Positions 11,389-21,421 of a stretch of DNA of 56,824 nt are shown one piece after another. Position numbers and translations under genes: made by a program. The notes beneath the pieces were generated by a model. That model did no database searches. It had not been told where the DNA came from and saw nothing but the letters and a program-made list of their open reading frames with translations. The first letter of the stretch is position 1; each line of letters begins with the position of its first letter. Source of the DNA: Prochlorococcus sp. AG-424-E20 (GTDB lineage: Bacteria; Cyanobacteriota; Cyanobacteriia; PCC-6307; Cyanobiaceae); contig QCND01000001.1 in assembly GCA_003213355.1 (NCBI GenBank), positions 1 through 56,824 on the forward strand, written 5' to 3'.

Positions 11389-12944
11389 TCTCTTTCTAAT
11401 AAGTTCATGACTGTTCTACCGAAATCATTTGGATTTGTATCAAAGGCCTCTAAGCAAATCCTTCCAAACTCCTTTCCCATCGGCTCTGGATTCCAGAGGA
11501 GTTTTCTGGCAGTCCAAGGCATTAAACTCATAGGATTATATCCAGGTTTTAATAAACCTTTTTTCAGGCCATACTCTTCTAATGACGTATGAGGTTGAAG
11601 TCCAATAAAAAATATAGAAGGCTCAACAATATCAGCTCCAAAAATTTTCTCTAATTCTCTATGGTAAGAAACTGTCTGTCTTATTGTTTCTGGACGCTCG
11701 TCTATAACATTGAATGAGTAATTCACCGAGACCTGGGCCTTAAAACCTGCTTTTGCTAGAAGTTCGCAATTTTTCAGTACTGTTTTTAAGTTATACCCCA
11801 TTCTCATTTTTCTGACTAGTTCTTGGGATCCAGAAGTTATACCAATTTCGAAATAACTCATACCTGTTCTAACCATTAATTCAGCTAATTCTTCATCTAA
11901 ATTGTCAGCTCGTATGTATGCAGCCCAATGGATATCATGTAATCCTTCATCATAGATAGCTTGAAGAATGTCTTTTGCATTTTGAATGTGCCCTCTGGAC
12001 GGTATGAATTGAGCATCTGTAAACCAAAAGCCACGAACACCCAGGTTATAAAGTTGTTTGATTTCTTTAATTACCTCACTGACAGGATTAATTCTTACTT
12101 TTTTTCCTTCAATAACAGTGTAAATACAATAACAACAGTTGTGAGGGCAACCTCTTTTAGTTTGGACTCCAATATAAAAGTCCCCTCCATCTAAATACCA
12201 TTTAAATTCAGGCCAGATAGATTGAATATAGGAATAATCACATGCTGTTTTGATTATATTATTTGGTTTCTCATGGATGAGTTTTTCTCTAGGAGACTCA
12301 CCAACCACAAAGCATCTTTCATCGATAATTGATTCATCTCTTATTAATTTTTCTAATAATAATTCTCCTTCCCCTAGTGATATAATAGTGCCTTTAGGAA
12401 GTGACTTTTTTAATTGATTATAAAAAACACTAACTGCACCTCCTCCTAGAATAACATTAGCATTTTGTTTATATCTCTTTGCATATTTCAAACCCTTTTT
12501 AACTAATCTTTGGTTCCTCCATATTTCTCCATAATGACTTTTTAGTAGTTGAAAACCACCTAAAGCACCTCGAATTTTTTTTAGGGGATTTTTAGCATAA
12601 AAAACTTCAAATGAATTTTGTAGTGGATTTCCTCCTCTCCCATCTACAGGGGCATAAATTTGTATATCTCTCCATGAAAAAACTAATAGTGTAGGTTTAA
12701 AACTTTTTATGTTATTTATTAGTATTCTTTCTACATCTACAATGGGTAATGAAGCTAAATCTAGAATTAATTGTTGAATCTCCGGAAAGCATTTATGAAC
12801 ATGATCAGCTAAATAAATTGGTCCAATTGGGAAAATTGGATTACAAGGCAGTCTGACGTACAAGATCTTAACCTCTGATTTAGATCCAATCAGTTTTAAT
12901 TCAGAAGTCAAATTAGCTTTCATCAGGACATCTATTGATAACAA
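11310..12944 (-). CDS. B12-binding/radical SAM protein (cyanobacterial PSII high-light acclimation type)
   Basis: KRGCPHNCCYC CxxxCxxC motif; PIFPIGPIYLADH N-terminus; alternative ATG at 12923. Confidence 0.85.
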   Translation of the reverse strand: MLSIDVLMKANLTSELKLIGSKSEVKILYVRLPCNPIFPIGPIYLADHVHKCFPEIQQLILDLASLPIVDVERILINNIKSFKPTLLVFSWRDIQIYAPVDGRGGNPLQNSFEVFYAKNPLKKIRGALGGFQLLKSHYGEIWRNQRLVKKGLKYAKRYKQNANVILGGGAVSVFYNQLKKSLPKGTIISLGEGELLLEKLIRDESIIDERCFVVGESPREKLIHEKPNNIIKTACDYSYIQSIWPEFKWYLDGGDFYIGVQTKRGCPHNCCYCIYTVIEGKKVRINPVSEVIKEIKQLYNLGVRGFWFTDAQFIPSRGHIQNAKDILQAIYDEGLHDIHWAAYIRADNLDEELAELMVRTGMSYFEIGITSGSQELVRKMRMGYNLKTVLKNCELLAKAGFKAQVSVNYSFNVIDERPETIRQTVSYHRELEKIFGADIVEPSIFFIGLQPHTSLEEYGLKKGLLKPGYNPMSLMPWTARKLLWNPEPMGKEFGRICLEAFDTNPNDFGRTVMNLLERDYGISSLNEALTVEAKNRPVLAKSLR

Positions 12945-13213
12945 AAATAATCATTTAGAGATAAACACTAACAATATGTTGACCTTTTTGATTGAAAATT
13001 AGATTAATAGTTAAAAGGAAGAAAATTCAATTCTATTCAAAATCTTTTCAAAACTTAGGTGTAGAGGCCTTTCTCATTATTTTTGAAGGGATGAATCTAA
13101 TAATTTAATTCAAAGGCAAAGTTTTTTGAGAGGCTTTTTAAATTGATATTGACCAATTCGTTTAAAAAACAAAAAATAGATCAGACTGCAGATATAGATT
13201 TAATGCTTGGATC

Positions 13214-13726
13214 ATGAATACTCCGATGACTCTGATCATATACATTCTCAGTGGAGCGGCGCTAGGAAGTTTGATGCTGCTAAGCGGCATTCCTGCAGCT
13301 CCTCTTCTAGGCTCGATTTTGGCAGCAGGATGCTTAAGCATAAGTGGTCAATTCGAACCTGCTCAATGGCCTATAGGTACAAAAACTTTGCTTGGTATTG
13401 GTGTCGGGACTGTTATTGGCACTGGTATTAATAGAGATACTCTTACAGAGTTACAAACTCTTTGGAAGCCAGCCATTTTGATCACGATTACTTTAATTTT
13501 AACTGGTCTAGTTGTTGGATTTTTAGTGGTTCGTCTATTTGGAATTGATCCTTTAATAGCTTTACTAGGATCAGCTCCTGGAGGAACACTAGGTATGAGC
13601 CTAGTTGGTGCAGAACTTGGAGTAGGAGCTGCAGTGGCAGCAATTCATGCATTTAGATTAATAGCGGTTTTATTGATTACTCCCGCTGTTGTTAAGTATT
13701 TAGCTCCTATCGTTAAAGCTAATTAA
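13214..13726 (+). CDS. AbrB-family (aidB regulator / 'ammonia monooxygenase'-like) membrane protein, single repeat
   Basis: GIPAAPLLG, APGG and H-x-x-RL motifs; Gly-rich TM helices. Confidence 0.75.
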   Translation: MNTPMTLIIYILSGAALGSLMLLSGIPAAPLLGSILAAGCLSISGQFEPAQWPIGTKTLLGIGVGTVIGTGINRDTLTELQTLWKPAILITITLILTGLVVGFLVVRLFGIDPLIALLGSAPGGTLGMSLVGAELGVGAAVAAIHAFRLIAVLLITPAVVKYLAPIVKAN

Positions 13727-13776
13727 AACTAAAGTGTTCAAGAGAAATATGATTATTTAAGTAAAGCTTAGTAAAT

Positions 13777-14001
13777 TCAGAAAATTTTCCAAACTGAGTT
13801 TGCGGGTATTAAGGGCGCTTTGTATTTATCTATTGGCTCTTTTGTCATTATGCGCCAATCGGGAACACGACATTGCACATAAGATGGGTTTTGAATAAGA
13901 ACACCAGGATTCTCATCTTTTTTGTAGGAAAAACCACCCTTCCAAACTCCTTTTTCTTTCAGTGAACCTTTAAACCAAACCCAACAATTTTCTCTTTCCA
14001 T
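13777..14001 (-). CDS. Conserved hypothetical protein (Trp-rich, 74 aa)
   Basis: Clean ORF CWVWFKG...CRVPDWR, co-oriented with rpsU. Confidence 0.7.
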   Translation of the reverse strand: MERENCWVWFKGSLKEKGVWKGGFSYKKDENPGVLIQNPSYVQCRVPDWRIMTKEPIDKYKAPLIPANSVWKIF

Positions 14002-14056
14002 TTGATGAAATTAATAAAAAACTTGAAATTTGAGCTTTGAAATCTTTTTGATTTGT

Positions 14057-14233
14057 TTATCTTCTTCTGCTTCTTCGCCTTTGTTGTAGTTTGCGTTTAT
14101 ATTTTTCGACAGGTGTTTCATGATGACGCAGACGCTTTAACTCTCCAAAGATGCCGGCTTTGGAAACTTGACGTTTAAAACGGCGAAGTGCTGATTCAAT
14201 GCCTTCGTTTTCTCCAACAGTTACTTGAGTCAA
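14057..14233 (-). CDS. rpsU: 30S ribosomal protein S21
   Basis: [22 protein letters not shown]...HHETP; TTG start at 14233. Confidence 0.96.
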   Translation of the reverse strand: MTQVTVGENEGIESALRRFKRQVSKAGIFGELKRLRHHETPVEKYKRKLQQRRRSRRR

Positions 14234-14428
14234 AAAAATAAAAAAATGGTATGGATATTTTACAGGACGATAAAGCAAATTTTTGTTTTGACCTTTTTTG
14301 GGATAAAAAGATCTATTATATCCCCTGAATTATCCAAATAGCTTTCGTCAAGTTTTGCTTTTTAGCCAAATTCTTGAGGTTTTTCCCTTTTCGGACCATT
14401 CATTATTACTTCATAGGTCCGTTATCCA

Positions 14429-14677
14429 ATGACTATTTACATCGGGAATCTCTCGTTTGATGCAGAGGTTGAAGATATTGTTGGTGTGTTTAGCAGTTAT
14501 GGTGAAGTCACCAATTGTAAGCTGCCATTAGAAAGGGAAACTGGGAGAAAAAGAGGTTTTGCTTTTGTAGATATGGGCGACGACGCCCAAGAACAAAAAG
14601 CAATCGACGATCTTCAAGATGTGGAATGGATGGGTAGGGCTATTAGGGTTACAAAAGCTAGACCTAAAAACAATTAA
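14429..14677 (+). CDS. rbp: RRM RNA-binding protein (cyanobacterial Rbp)
   Basis: IYIGNL (RNP2), RGFAFV (RNP1). Confidence 0.95.
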   Translation: MTIYIGNLSFDAEVEDIVGVFSSYGEVTNCKLPLERETGRKRGFAFVDMGDDAQEQKAIDDLQDVEWMGRAIRVTKARPKNN

Positions 14678-14765
14678 TTAATTTTTGATTTCAGTCTATT
14701 AGGGATTAAAGCATTTCCTTAAATTAGTGCTCTAATGATTAGCAGTTAAGAGCGATGCTTTTTTA

Positions 14766-15038
14766 ATGCTTTACTCAACAATCCCTTTCTCTACAATCAC
14801 ATTTGGTGGATTTAATCCTTTAGCTGCAATTGCTGGTTTAGTGATCTTTTTTCAGATCTCTCAAATTTATTATTATGGGTTACCTGCGAATGAACCATCA
14901 GTTGAGCATACTGAAACAGGTTCTTATAAGTATCTTCAAAAACAATTTATTGGTGTTCAAGTAATTACTGCTCTTATTGCTGCTTCAGTAATGCTTGCAG
15001 GTCCTGATAAGATATTTTTCCCTTTTAAATATTTTTAA
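14766..15038 (+). CDS. Hypothetical membrane protein (2 TM)
   Basis: 90-aa ORF with two hydrophobic segments, followed by a terminator. Confidence 0.65.
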   Translation: MLYSTIPFSTITFGGFNPLAAIAGLVIFFQISQIYYYGLPANEPSVEHTETGSYKYLQKQFIGVQVITALIAASVMLAGPDKIFFPFKYF

Positions 15039-15065
15039 GCTCTAAATAAATAAAATTGGCTTTAT

Positions 15066-15098
15066 TTAAAAAAGCAGCTCATTGAGCTGCTTTTTTAA
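15066..15098. terminator. Bidirectional rho-independent terminator
   Basis: TTAAAAAAGCAGCTC-ATT-GAGCTGCTTTTTTAA. Confidence 0.85.
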
Positions 15099-15255
15099 TG
15101 TATTAAAAAATAACTTGAATTAAAAACTAATTTTTAAAATAATTTTACATAGTTAATATTTTTTGAATTATTTCGTTTTGGAATCACCACTGTGTTCGTC
15201 ATGAACATCAATCCATGAATTAGATGTTTTAAATAGTATAGTCTTTTTTTTTATT

Positions 15256-15432
15256 ATGGAATCAAATCAAAATAATGCTGATAATTTACAAGAAATAGTT
15301 CATAGTAATGAGAAGGTTTTGTCAACTGAAAACCTTAATTATTTGTATCCAAATGGACATCGCATTACTCATCAAATGAGATGGTTCAAAGGTAGTCGCG
15401 ATAGGTGTTTAAGATCTGATATCGCGGCATAA
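15256..15432 (+). CDS. Unannotated 58-aa microprotein (MESNQ...WFKGSRDRCLRSDIAA)
   Basis: Hand-translated ORF below the track cutoff; GC-richer 3' half; motif shared with 31241..31396. Confidence 0.55.
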   Translation: MESNQNNADNLQEIVHSNEKVLSTENLNYLYPNGHRITHQMRWFKGSRDRCLRSDIAA

Positions 15433-15472
15433 ATAAAGAAAATAAAAATTAATTATTTATCTATAAAAATAA

Positions 15473-15607
15473 ATGAGAAAAACAAAAAAAAATCATTACT
15501 CTAGTCCCGATCCTTATGAAGATATGATTAGATTAAAGAAACTTGATCCTTATGAGGGATTAATTAAATCAAACGAGTTTCTAAAAGAAAAACATAAATC
15601 AAATTAA
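15473..15607 (+). CDS. Possible 44-aa microprotein with a DPYE duplication
   Basis: MRKTKKNHYSSPDPYEDMIRLKKLDPYEGLIKSNEFLKEKHKSN. Confidence 0.4.
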   Translation: MRKTKKNHYSSPDPYEDMIRLKKLDPYEGLIKSNEFLKEKHKSN

Positions 15608-15655
15608 TAAAATTAGTTTTTCTTGTTAATTTAATTTTGAAGTTAATTCGTGTAA

Positions 15656-15704
15656 TTATCCAATAAAAAGCCTCCTATTTTATTAGGAGGCTTTTATTGG
15701 ATAA
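15656..15704. terminator. Long bidirectional terminator hairpin downstream of the porin
   Basis: TTATCCAATAAAAAGCCTCCTA / TAGGAGGCTTTTATTGGATAA (21 bp, one bulge). Confidence 0.85.
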
Positions 15705-15715
15705 AACGTTACGAT

Positions 15716-16726
15716 TTAGAAGCTGAAATAGGTCTCAGCTACTACACCAGTGTCGTCATCGCCAGTACTTGTATCTTCAACAGTGAAGAATCCAGCTGTT
15801 ACTGAGACATAGTCATTAAGTCCGTAACTGTAAGAAACTTCAAATCCTGTTGAATCTTCAGAATCACTGCCATCAATATCAGTTGAATTGTAAGCAGCAC
15901 TCAATGTTCCAGGGCCAACTTCGTAGTCAACACCAACGAACAAATCAGTTGCATCCGCACCTGTCTCTGGATCTGTTGTGTCATAAGCAACGCTTATTGT
16001 TGCAGGAACTGACTCAGGGCTGTAATAGATACCGCCACCAAATGTGTCGTATCCACTTGTTCCAGCTTCACCGTCATTAGTAGCGATTACAAGTCCGCCA
16101 CCAAAACCGTCGCCGTCATAACCAAGAGTGAATGTAGAAACATCATCTCCATCATCAGCGCCGATTCCTACTGTTGAATCAGAGCCTCCAACAGAAACGA
16201 AGCTAACAGAAGCAACTACGCCGTTGTCTCCAGAGTAAGCAACACCAACTCCAGGACCAGTTTCACTACCGGCTAATGAGTAAGGCATGCTGCCTAGTCT
16301 GAAAGCATCTGAGTAAGCAGAAGTTGTTGCAGCAACAACATCATCCTGATCAAGTAACGGTCCAGCAGTTACTGAAAGATCCCCAAGAGGGAAGGAGTAG
16401 TACAAAGAATGCAATGTAATAGCACCAGTACCGCCGACTGAGCTGTCCATGCTTGCTAATGGACCACTAGCATTACCAGTTTCCATACCCATGTAGAGCA
16501 TATCTTCACCAGTAAAACTGGAAGTTACGTCTAGTCCATATCCATATTGCATATAGAGTTCTTCTTCCGTATCAGTTGTTCCTCCATCGGCAACAGAACC
16601 GATAGTAAAAACAGCACCACCAGAGAGAGATGTGGTTGATGAAAATGCAGTATCTGCATTAACTGCAACTGGAGCCATTAGGCCCAATGCAGCAGGAGCT
16701 ACCAGCAAACGCTGAAAAAACTTCAT
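15716..16726 (-). CDS. som: Outer-membrane porin, Som/cyanobacterial porin family, no SLH domain
   Basis: Signal MKFFQRLLVAPAALGLMAP, FSSTT-L-G, SFTGEDML, C-terminal YFSF; ATG 16726 with GAGGA RBS. Confidence 0.9.
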   Translation of the reverse strand: MKFFQRLLVAPAALGLMAPVAVNADTAFSSTTSLSGGAVFTIGSVADGGTTDTEEELYMQYGYGLDVTSSFTGEDMLYMGMETGNASGPLASMDSSVGGTGAITLHSLYYSFPLGDLSVTAGPLLDQDDVVAATTSAYSDAFRLGSMPYSLAGSETGPGVGVAYSGDNGVVASVSFVSVGGSDSTVGIGADDGDDVSTFTLGYDGDGFGGGLVIATNDGEAGTSGYDTFGGGIYYSPESVPATISVAYDTTDPETGADATDLFVGVDYEVGPGTLSAAYNSTDIDGSDSEDSTGFEVSYSYGLNDYVSVTAGFFTVEDTSTGDDDTGVVAETYFSF

Positions 16727-16730
16727 TGTG

Positions 16731-16739
16731 TCCTCACAC
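16731..16739 (-). promoter_or_regulatory. Yfr1 sRNA target site over the porin RBS
   Basis: mRNA GUGUGAGGA is complementary to the conserved Yfr1 motif ACUCCUCACAC; som mRNAs are known Yfr1 targets. Confidence 0.75.
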
Positions 16740-16783
16740 AAATTAAGAGCAATCTATTTTTATAAATAGTAATTAGATTCGGC

Positions 16784-16829
16784 GTATTAGTTGTTACATT
16801 GCTAGGAATTGTTTTGTATTTTCAGATAC
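16784..16829. promoter_or_regulatory. Two NtcA boxes upstream of the porin
   Basis: GTA-TTAGTTGT-TAC (16784-97) and (T)GTA-TTTTCAGA-TAC(A) (16816-29). Confidence 0.75.
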
Positions 16830-16955
16830 ATTCTGGAGTTATTCTCAGTTATTATTTTGATTGAATTGCACTTGGTTAAATATTTTTTGATTAAGGATAA
16901 ACATGATAGATTTTCAACTATCTGATTTGACATTGAGTTGCCATGATTTTAATAG

Positions 16956-17135
16956 CTATTCATTGTCTATAGAACTAGCCTCTGCTCCTAATGCAGATGC
17001 AAGCCATCCTGCTACCAAGGGAGAAACATTGGATAATTTATTAAGGAAAATTCTTTCTTCGAGGGTAACTAATTGATTGGTTTCTAGTCGATTTAGTATA
17101 TTTCTTACTCTTATTCTTGTTGCTGTGGAGATCAT
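16956..17135 (-). CDS. Unannotated 59-aa hypothetical protein
   Basis: MISTATRIRVRNILNRLETNQLVTLEERIFLNKLSNVSPLVAGWLASALGAEASSIDNE; resembles small picocyanobacterial helical proteins. Confidence 0.65.
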   Translation of the reverse strand: MISTATRIRVRNILNRLETNQLVTLEERIFLNKLSNVSPLVAGWLASALGAEASSIDNE

Positions 17136-17229
17136 GAATTTTTACAGTTTTTTATAACTAATTGGTCTTGAAAGGAGTGTTCTATTTGGACATATTAAGA
17201 AAAAGTTTATATTTCTCCCTATATCTTTT

Positions 17230-17243
17230 GTATAAAAAATTAC
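17230..17243. promoter_or_regulatory. NtcA box between the divergent small genes
   Basis: (T)GTA-TAAAAAAT-TAC(A), with TAATTT ~24 nt downstream toward DUF1830. Confidence 0.6.
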
Positions 17244-17292
17244 AAATACTTTTTTATTTGTTTGTTTTAATTTCAACAAATAATTGTAGGTT

Positions 17293-17520
17293 ATGGTCGA
17301 TTTCTCTTACAGAAACATCACTTCTAGCATGGTCATACTTAAATGCATAGGGCCGGATAGATTTTTTCTAGAACGAGCTATTTTCCCTCAAGAAGTATTC
17401 TCATCTATGGCACCAGATGGCTCGCAGTTGGAAATTTGGGGCATAGAGTCATATGGACCAAATTTAGAACAACGTCTTCGAATAACGGCTTCTGATAAGG
17501 AAGATTCACTTGTAGCCTAA
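17293..17520 (+). CDS. DUF1830-family small protein
   Basis: Y-x-N-x-T...ILKCIG...FLER-IFP...AP...LEIW pattern. Confidence 0.75.
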   Translation: MVDFSYRNITSSMVILKCIGPDRFFLERAIFPQEVFSSMAPDGSQLEIWGIESYGPNLEQRLRITASDKEDSLVA

Positions 17521-17542
17521 GGATTGATAAATTCAATATCAA

Positions 17543-19252
17543 TTAAAGCAATAGATATCTTTGCGCAAGTGGTAGTGATTCAGCTGGTTCGCAAGTAAGA
17601 AGCTCTCCGTTTGCAAAAACTTCATATGTTTGTGGGTCTACTTCGATTTTGGGTCTTGCATCATTTAGTTTCATTGATTGTTTAGATATTTTCCTTGTGT
17701 CTTTCACGGGAGCATAAGAGCGTTCCAATTTTAGTTGTTCAGGGACACCAGCGACTATTGCACTCTCGCTTAAGAAAGTCAGGCATGTAGGATTTATCGC
17801 CTTTCCAAAAGAAGAAAACATTGGACGACCATGGACCGGTTGTGGAGTAGGAATGGAGGCATTTGCATCTCCCATTTGAGCCCATGCGATACATCCTCCT
17901 TTGACTACTAAGTCAGGTTTAATTCCAAAAAAGCCAGGATTCCAAAGTACTAAGTCTGCTAGTTTGCCAACTTCTACCGAACCAACATGGCTACTGATTC
18001 CATGAGCTATCGCTGGATTAATAGTTACCTTTGAGATATATCTTTTTAGACGATGATTATCATTCATTTGATTATCCTCTGGTAAGGCCCCTCTTTGAAC
18101 TTTCATTTTATGAGCAGTTTGAAAAGTCCGGCTAATAACCTCACCAACTCTACCCATAGCCTGGGAGTCACTAGCAATAATAGAAAAGGCTCCTAAATCG
18201 TGGAGTATGTCTTCAGCGGCAATAGTTTCACGACGTATTCTTGACTCAGCAAATGCAACATCCTCTGGAATTTTGGGATCCAAATGATGACAAACCATCA
18301 ACATGTCTAAATGCTCTTCAAGAGTATTTAGAGTGAAAGGCCTAGTTGGATTTGTACTGCTGGGAATCACATTTGATTCTCCACAAATTTTGATAATGTC
18401 GGGAGCGTGACCACCTCCAGCTCCTTCTGTATGGAAGGTATGAATTGTTCTCCCTCTTATTGCCTTAATTGTATCTTCAACAAAACCAGCTTCATTTAGG
18501 GTATCTGTATGAATACAAACTTGTACGTCTAGTTGATCTGCAACACTTAGGCAGGAATCAATACAGGCCGGTGTTGTTCCCCAGTCTTCATGCAGTTTTA
18601 ACCCACAAGCACCTGCTCTTACTTGTTCTTCTAATGCTGCTTTGTTAGTTGCATTGCCTTTTCCAAAGAATCCCAAATTAACAGGAAATCCCTCTGCAGA
18701 TTGCAGCATTCTTGAGATGTGAAATGCTCCAGGTGTACATGTCGTTGCATTAGTACCTGTTGCTGGGCCTGTCCCTCCTCCGAGCATTGTGGTAACCCCA
18801 CTAGCTAAAGCAGTTTCTATTTGTTGCGGACAGATAAAGTGAATGTGACTATCAATAGCTCCTGCAGTAATAATGCTTCCTTCTCCTGCGATTGCTTCTG
18901 TACTGGCGCCTACAATAATGTTGACACCTTCTTGAGTATCCGGATTTCCAGCTTTTCCAATACCTGAGATTTTTCCGTCTTTGATGCCAATATCAGCTTT
19001 AACAATTCCCCACCAATCCAAAATTAGCGCATTTGTGATAACTGTATCTACTACTCCATTGTCTCTACTTTGTTGTGATTGTCCCATCCCATCACGAATA
19101 ACTTTTCCCCCACCAAATTTAACTTCGTCTCCATAGTGAGTATGATCCTGTTCAACTTCGAGTATTAAGTCCGTATCTGCAAGTCTAATGCGATCCCCTT
19201 TCGTCGGACCATAAGTCTCTGCATAGGCTTGGCGAGAAATTTTGAAAGGCAT
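17543..19252 (-). CDS. ureC: Urease subunit alpha
   Basis: [32 protein letters not shown]. Confidence 0.99.
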   Translation of the reverse strand: MPFKISRQAYAETYGPTKGDRIRLADTDLILEVEQDHTHYGDEVKFGGGKVIRDGMGQSQQSRDNGVVDTVITNALILDWWGIVKADIGIKDGKISGIGKAGNPDTQEGVNIIVGASTEAIAGEGSIITAGAIDSHIHFICPQQIETALASGVTTMLGGGTGPATGTNATTCTPGAFHISRMLQSAEGFPVNLGFFGKGNATNKAALEEQVRAGACGLKLHEDWGTTPACIDSCLSVADQLDVQVCIHTDTLNEAGFVEDTIKAIRGRTIHTFHTEGAGGGHAPDIIKICGESNVIPSSTNPTRPFTLNTLEEHLDMLMVCHHLDPKIPEDVAFAESRIRRETIAAEDILHDLGAFSIIASDSQAMGRVGEVISRTFQTAHKMKVQRGALPEDNQMNDNHRLKRYISKVTINPAIAHGISSHVGSVEVGKLADLVLWNPGFFGIKPDLVVKGGCIAWAQMGDANASIPTPQPVHGRPMFSSFGKAINPTCLTFLSESAIVAGVPEQLKLERSYAPVKDTRKISKQSMKLNDARPKIEVDPQTYEVFANGELLTCEPAESLPLAQRYLLL

Positions 19253-19253
19253 T

Positions 19254-19574
19254 TTATTGTTGAAGTGAATTGTTTATAAGTCCGTTGAACCCAAAAATTT
19301 TACGGTCTCCAGCATAAGGAACAAGATTAACTTCTCTTTGGTCACCTGGCTCAAATCTGATAGCAGTACCGGCTGGGATGTCTAACCTTTTCCCGAGAGA
19401 TTTTTTGCGATCAAATTCTAGACCTTTATTGGACTCAAAGAAATGATAATGAGAGCCAATTTGTATAGGTCGATCAGAGGTGTTAGCGACTTTTAGAGTT
19501 GTGGTTTCTCTTCCTTTGTTTAGTTCAATAAAACCATCTTCGGGAATAAGTTCTCCAGGAATTAAATAGGACAT
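19254..19574 (-). CDS. ureB: Urease subunit beta
   Basis: [27 protein letters not shown]. Confidence 0.99.
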   Translation of the reverse strand: MSYLIPGELIPEDGFIELNKGRETTTLKVANTSDRPIQIGSHYHFFESNKGLEFDRKKSLGKRLDIPAGTAIRFEPGDQREVNLVPYAGDRKIFGFNGLINNSLQQ

Positions 19575-19582
19575 AATTGTAG

Positions 19583-19885
19583 TTAGCTAATTGGATTGTG
19601 AAGTGTTACCAGCTTCGTTCCATCTGGAAAAACAGCTTCTATTTGAACTTCATGGATGAGCTCTGGCACGCCTTCCATGACTTGTTCTTTTGTTAACCAT
19701 GTGGTTCCCTCGTTCATTAAGGTTGAGACACTCTTCCCATCTCTGGCACCTTCAAGTACTTGAAAGCTAAGCCAAGCGACGGCTTCAGGATGATTTAATT
19801 TCAAACCTCTATTTAATCTTCGCTCTGCCAAAAGAGCAGCAGTGACTACCAGTAATTTGTCTTTTTCTTGAGGGCTTAAGTACAT
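19583..19885 (-). CDS. ureA: Urease subunit gamma
   Basis: [24 protein letters not shown]. Confidence 0.99.
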   Translation of the reverse strand: MYLSPQEKDKLLVVTAALLAERRLNRGLKLNHPEAVAWLSFQVLEGARDGKSVSTLMNEGTTWLTKEQVMEGVPELIHEVQIEAVFPDGTKLVTLHNPIS

Positions 19886-19934
19886 TTTTTAATAATTAGA
19901 ACCTAATTTTACTAGCAAAAAAATGCTTAAAAGT

Positions 19935-20858
19935 TCATAATGGACATTTTATGTCTCTTGATGGATTTTCTTGCATCGGCCAAATTCTCATGTATTCAGG
20001 CATGCTTAATTTTCTTAAAACTCTAGTAAGACTCCAAATTCTATAAAACCAAAATCGAGCTGATTGTGTTGATGATCCAGTGTATCTTGCTGATATGCCA
20101 TTTTCAAGAAGACTACAAGTCATAAATCCCTCAAGTCCAGCTCTTTGTTGTCGGCATTCGACTAGCAAATCAGACAAATCTTTTTGCATTATTTTTTTAG
20201 GTGTTATCCAAGTTAAAGATCCAAATACTGGTTTCTGTTCTAAGCCATGAATGGATTTTAGAGCTTCTCCAGATAGTTCTAAGCGATCACTAAATTCATA
20301 CTGTTTTCCTTGATTATTATCCCTAAAGATTTCCAAAGATGATCTCCATACTCCACTACCAAGTTGTTCCTCTGCAGCAGTTCGTCCCAAACGAACCAAA
20401 TCAACACATAAAAAGCTTGATGAAGGATCAAGATTAACAGTCATATTTTGTTCAAAAAGACCTCCCTGATAAACAATTAATTCTTGAGGCATCCACTCAA
20501 AGTCAGAATTTTGTTTAATTTGAAAAAAACATTTTTGATTTGCCCAGCTCCCTTGCGGATTTAATTTTGATCTGCCTCTACTTCCATAAACTTTTTGAGC
20601 TGCTACTGAAGAACATATAGCAATGCTATCTTCTTCGGCGTTTACATTTATTGTTAGTTGATCACCTCCAACAATTCCTCCCGCACTATGGAGAATTGGT
20701 ATTTCACATCTCCCATCTTTTTTATCATTGAATACTCTCATTACTTTTAATGGAGCAGTACATTTCGCTTGATGAATTGTTTTAACAATATCTTTATTGT
20801 TAGAACTTGAGCTTTTGAAAAGCCTTAGATCACAAGTTCCATGCCATTGAGATTTCAT
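19935..20858 (-). CDS. ureD: Urease accessory protein UreD
   Basis: AGGIVGGD, AAQKVY, RLGR; upstream of ureA. Confidence 0.95.
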   Translation of the reverse strand: MKSQWHGTCDLRLFKSSSSNNKDIVKTIHQAKCTAPLKVMRVFNDKKDGRCEIPILHSAGGIVGGDQLTINVNAEEDSIAICSSVAAQKVYGSRGRSKLNPQGSWANQKCFFQIKQNSDFEWMPQELIVYQGGLFEQNMTVNLDPSSSFLCVDLVRLGRTAAEEQLGSGVWRSSLEIFRDNNQGKQYEFSDRLELSGEALKSIHGLEQKPVFGSLTWITPKKIMQKDLSDLLVECRQQRAGLEGFMTCSLLENGISARYTGSSTQSARFWFYRIWSLTRVLRKLSMPEYMRIWPMQENPSRDIKCPL

Positions 20859-20960
20859 TGAATAGCTTTATCGTTTTTGCTCATTTAGTTTTGAGAAAAT
20901 AATAAATATCTGATCTGGTAGACATAACCTATAAAATTTAGACCTACAAAGAATTTAAGC

Positions 20961-21401
20961 TTGTCTCAGGAATTAATCTATCTCACCGAGAGAATTAGTG
21001 CTCAAGTGATAAAAAATAACCTTTTACTTCCCTTGTCTGCAAAAGAGAGAACTCAGCTTCGAGGTAAACGATCAACTTTAGAGGGAATTGATGTCATTTT
21101 AAATTTGCCTCGAGGAGGAGGTCGTTTGATTCCTGGAGAGGTGTTGAAAAGTGAGAATTCAAAAGTTTTTGTAAGCATAGTGGCCGCTCACGAAGATGTA
21201 ATAAGAATTAGCTCAGAAAATAGATTGAAATTGTTAAAAGCTGCTTATCATTTAGGTAATAGACATGTTGAGATTGAGTTGCACGATAAAGAGTTATATT
21301 TACTCAATGATGTAGTAATGAGAAAAATGTTAGAAGGCCATGGTTTTGAAATAAAAAGTTTCCAAAGACCTTTTTCTCCTGAGATAGGCGCTTATGAGTA
21401 G
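20961..21401 (+). CDS. ureE: Urease accessory protein UreE (no His tail)
   Basis: AYHLGNRH, F-PE-GAY. Confidence 0.95.
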   Translation: MSQELIYLTERISAQVIKNNLLLPLSAKERTQLRGKRSTLEGIDVILNLPRGGGRLIPGEVLKSENSKVFVSIVAAHEDVIRISSENRLKLLKAAYHLGNRHVEIELHDKELYLLNDVVMRKMLEGHGFEIKSFQRPFSPEIGAYE

Positions 21402-21421
21402 GGATTTGATTGATTCTATTT

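Noticed and set aside
17162-17350. 62-aa track ORF
   Set aside because: Low-complexity AT-rich promoter DNA containing an NtcA box and overlapping the DUF1830 gene.
20918-20931. Possible NtcA site between ureD and ureE
   Set aside because: GTA-N8-CTA lacks the TAC half-site; too weak to call.
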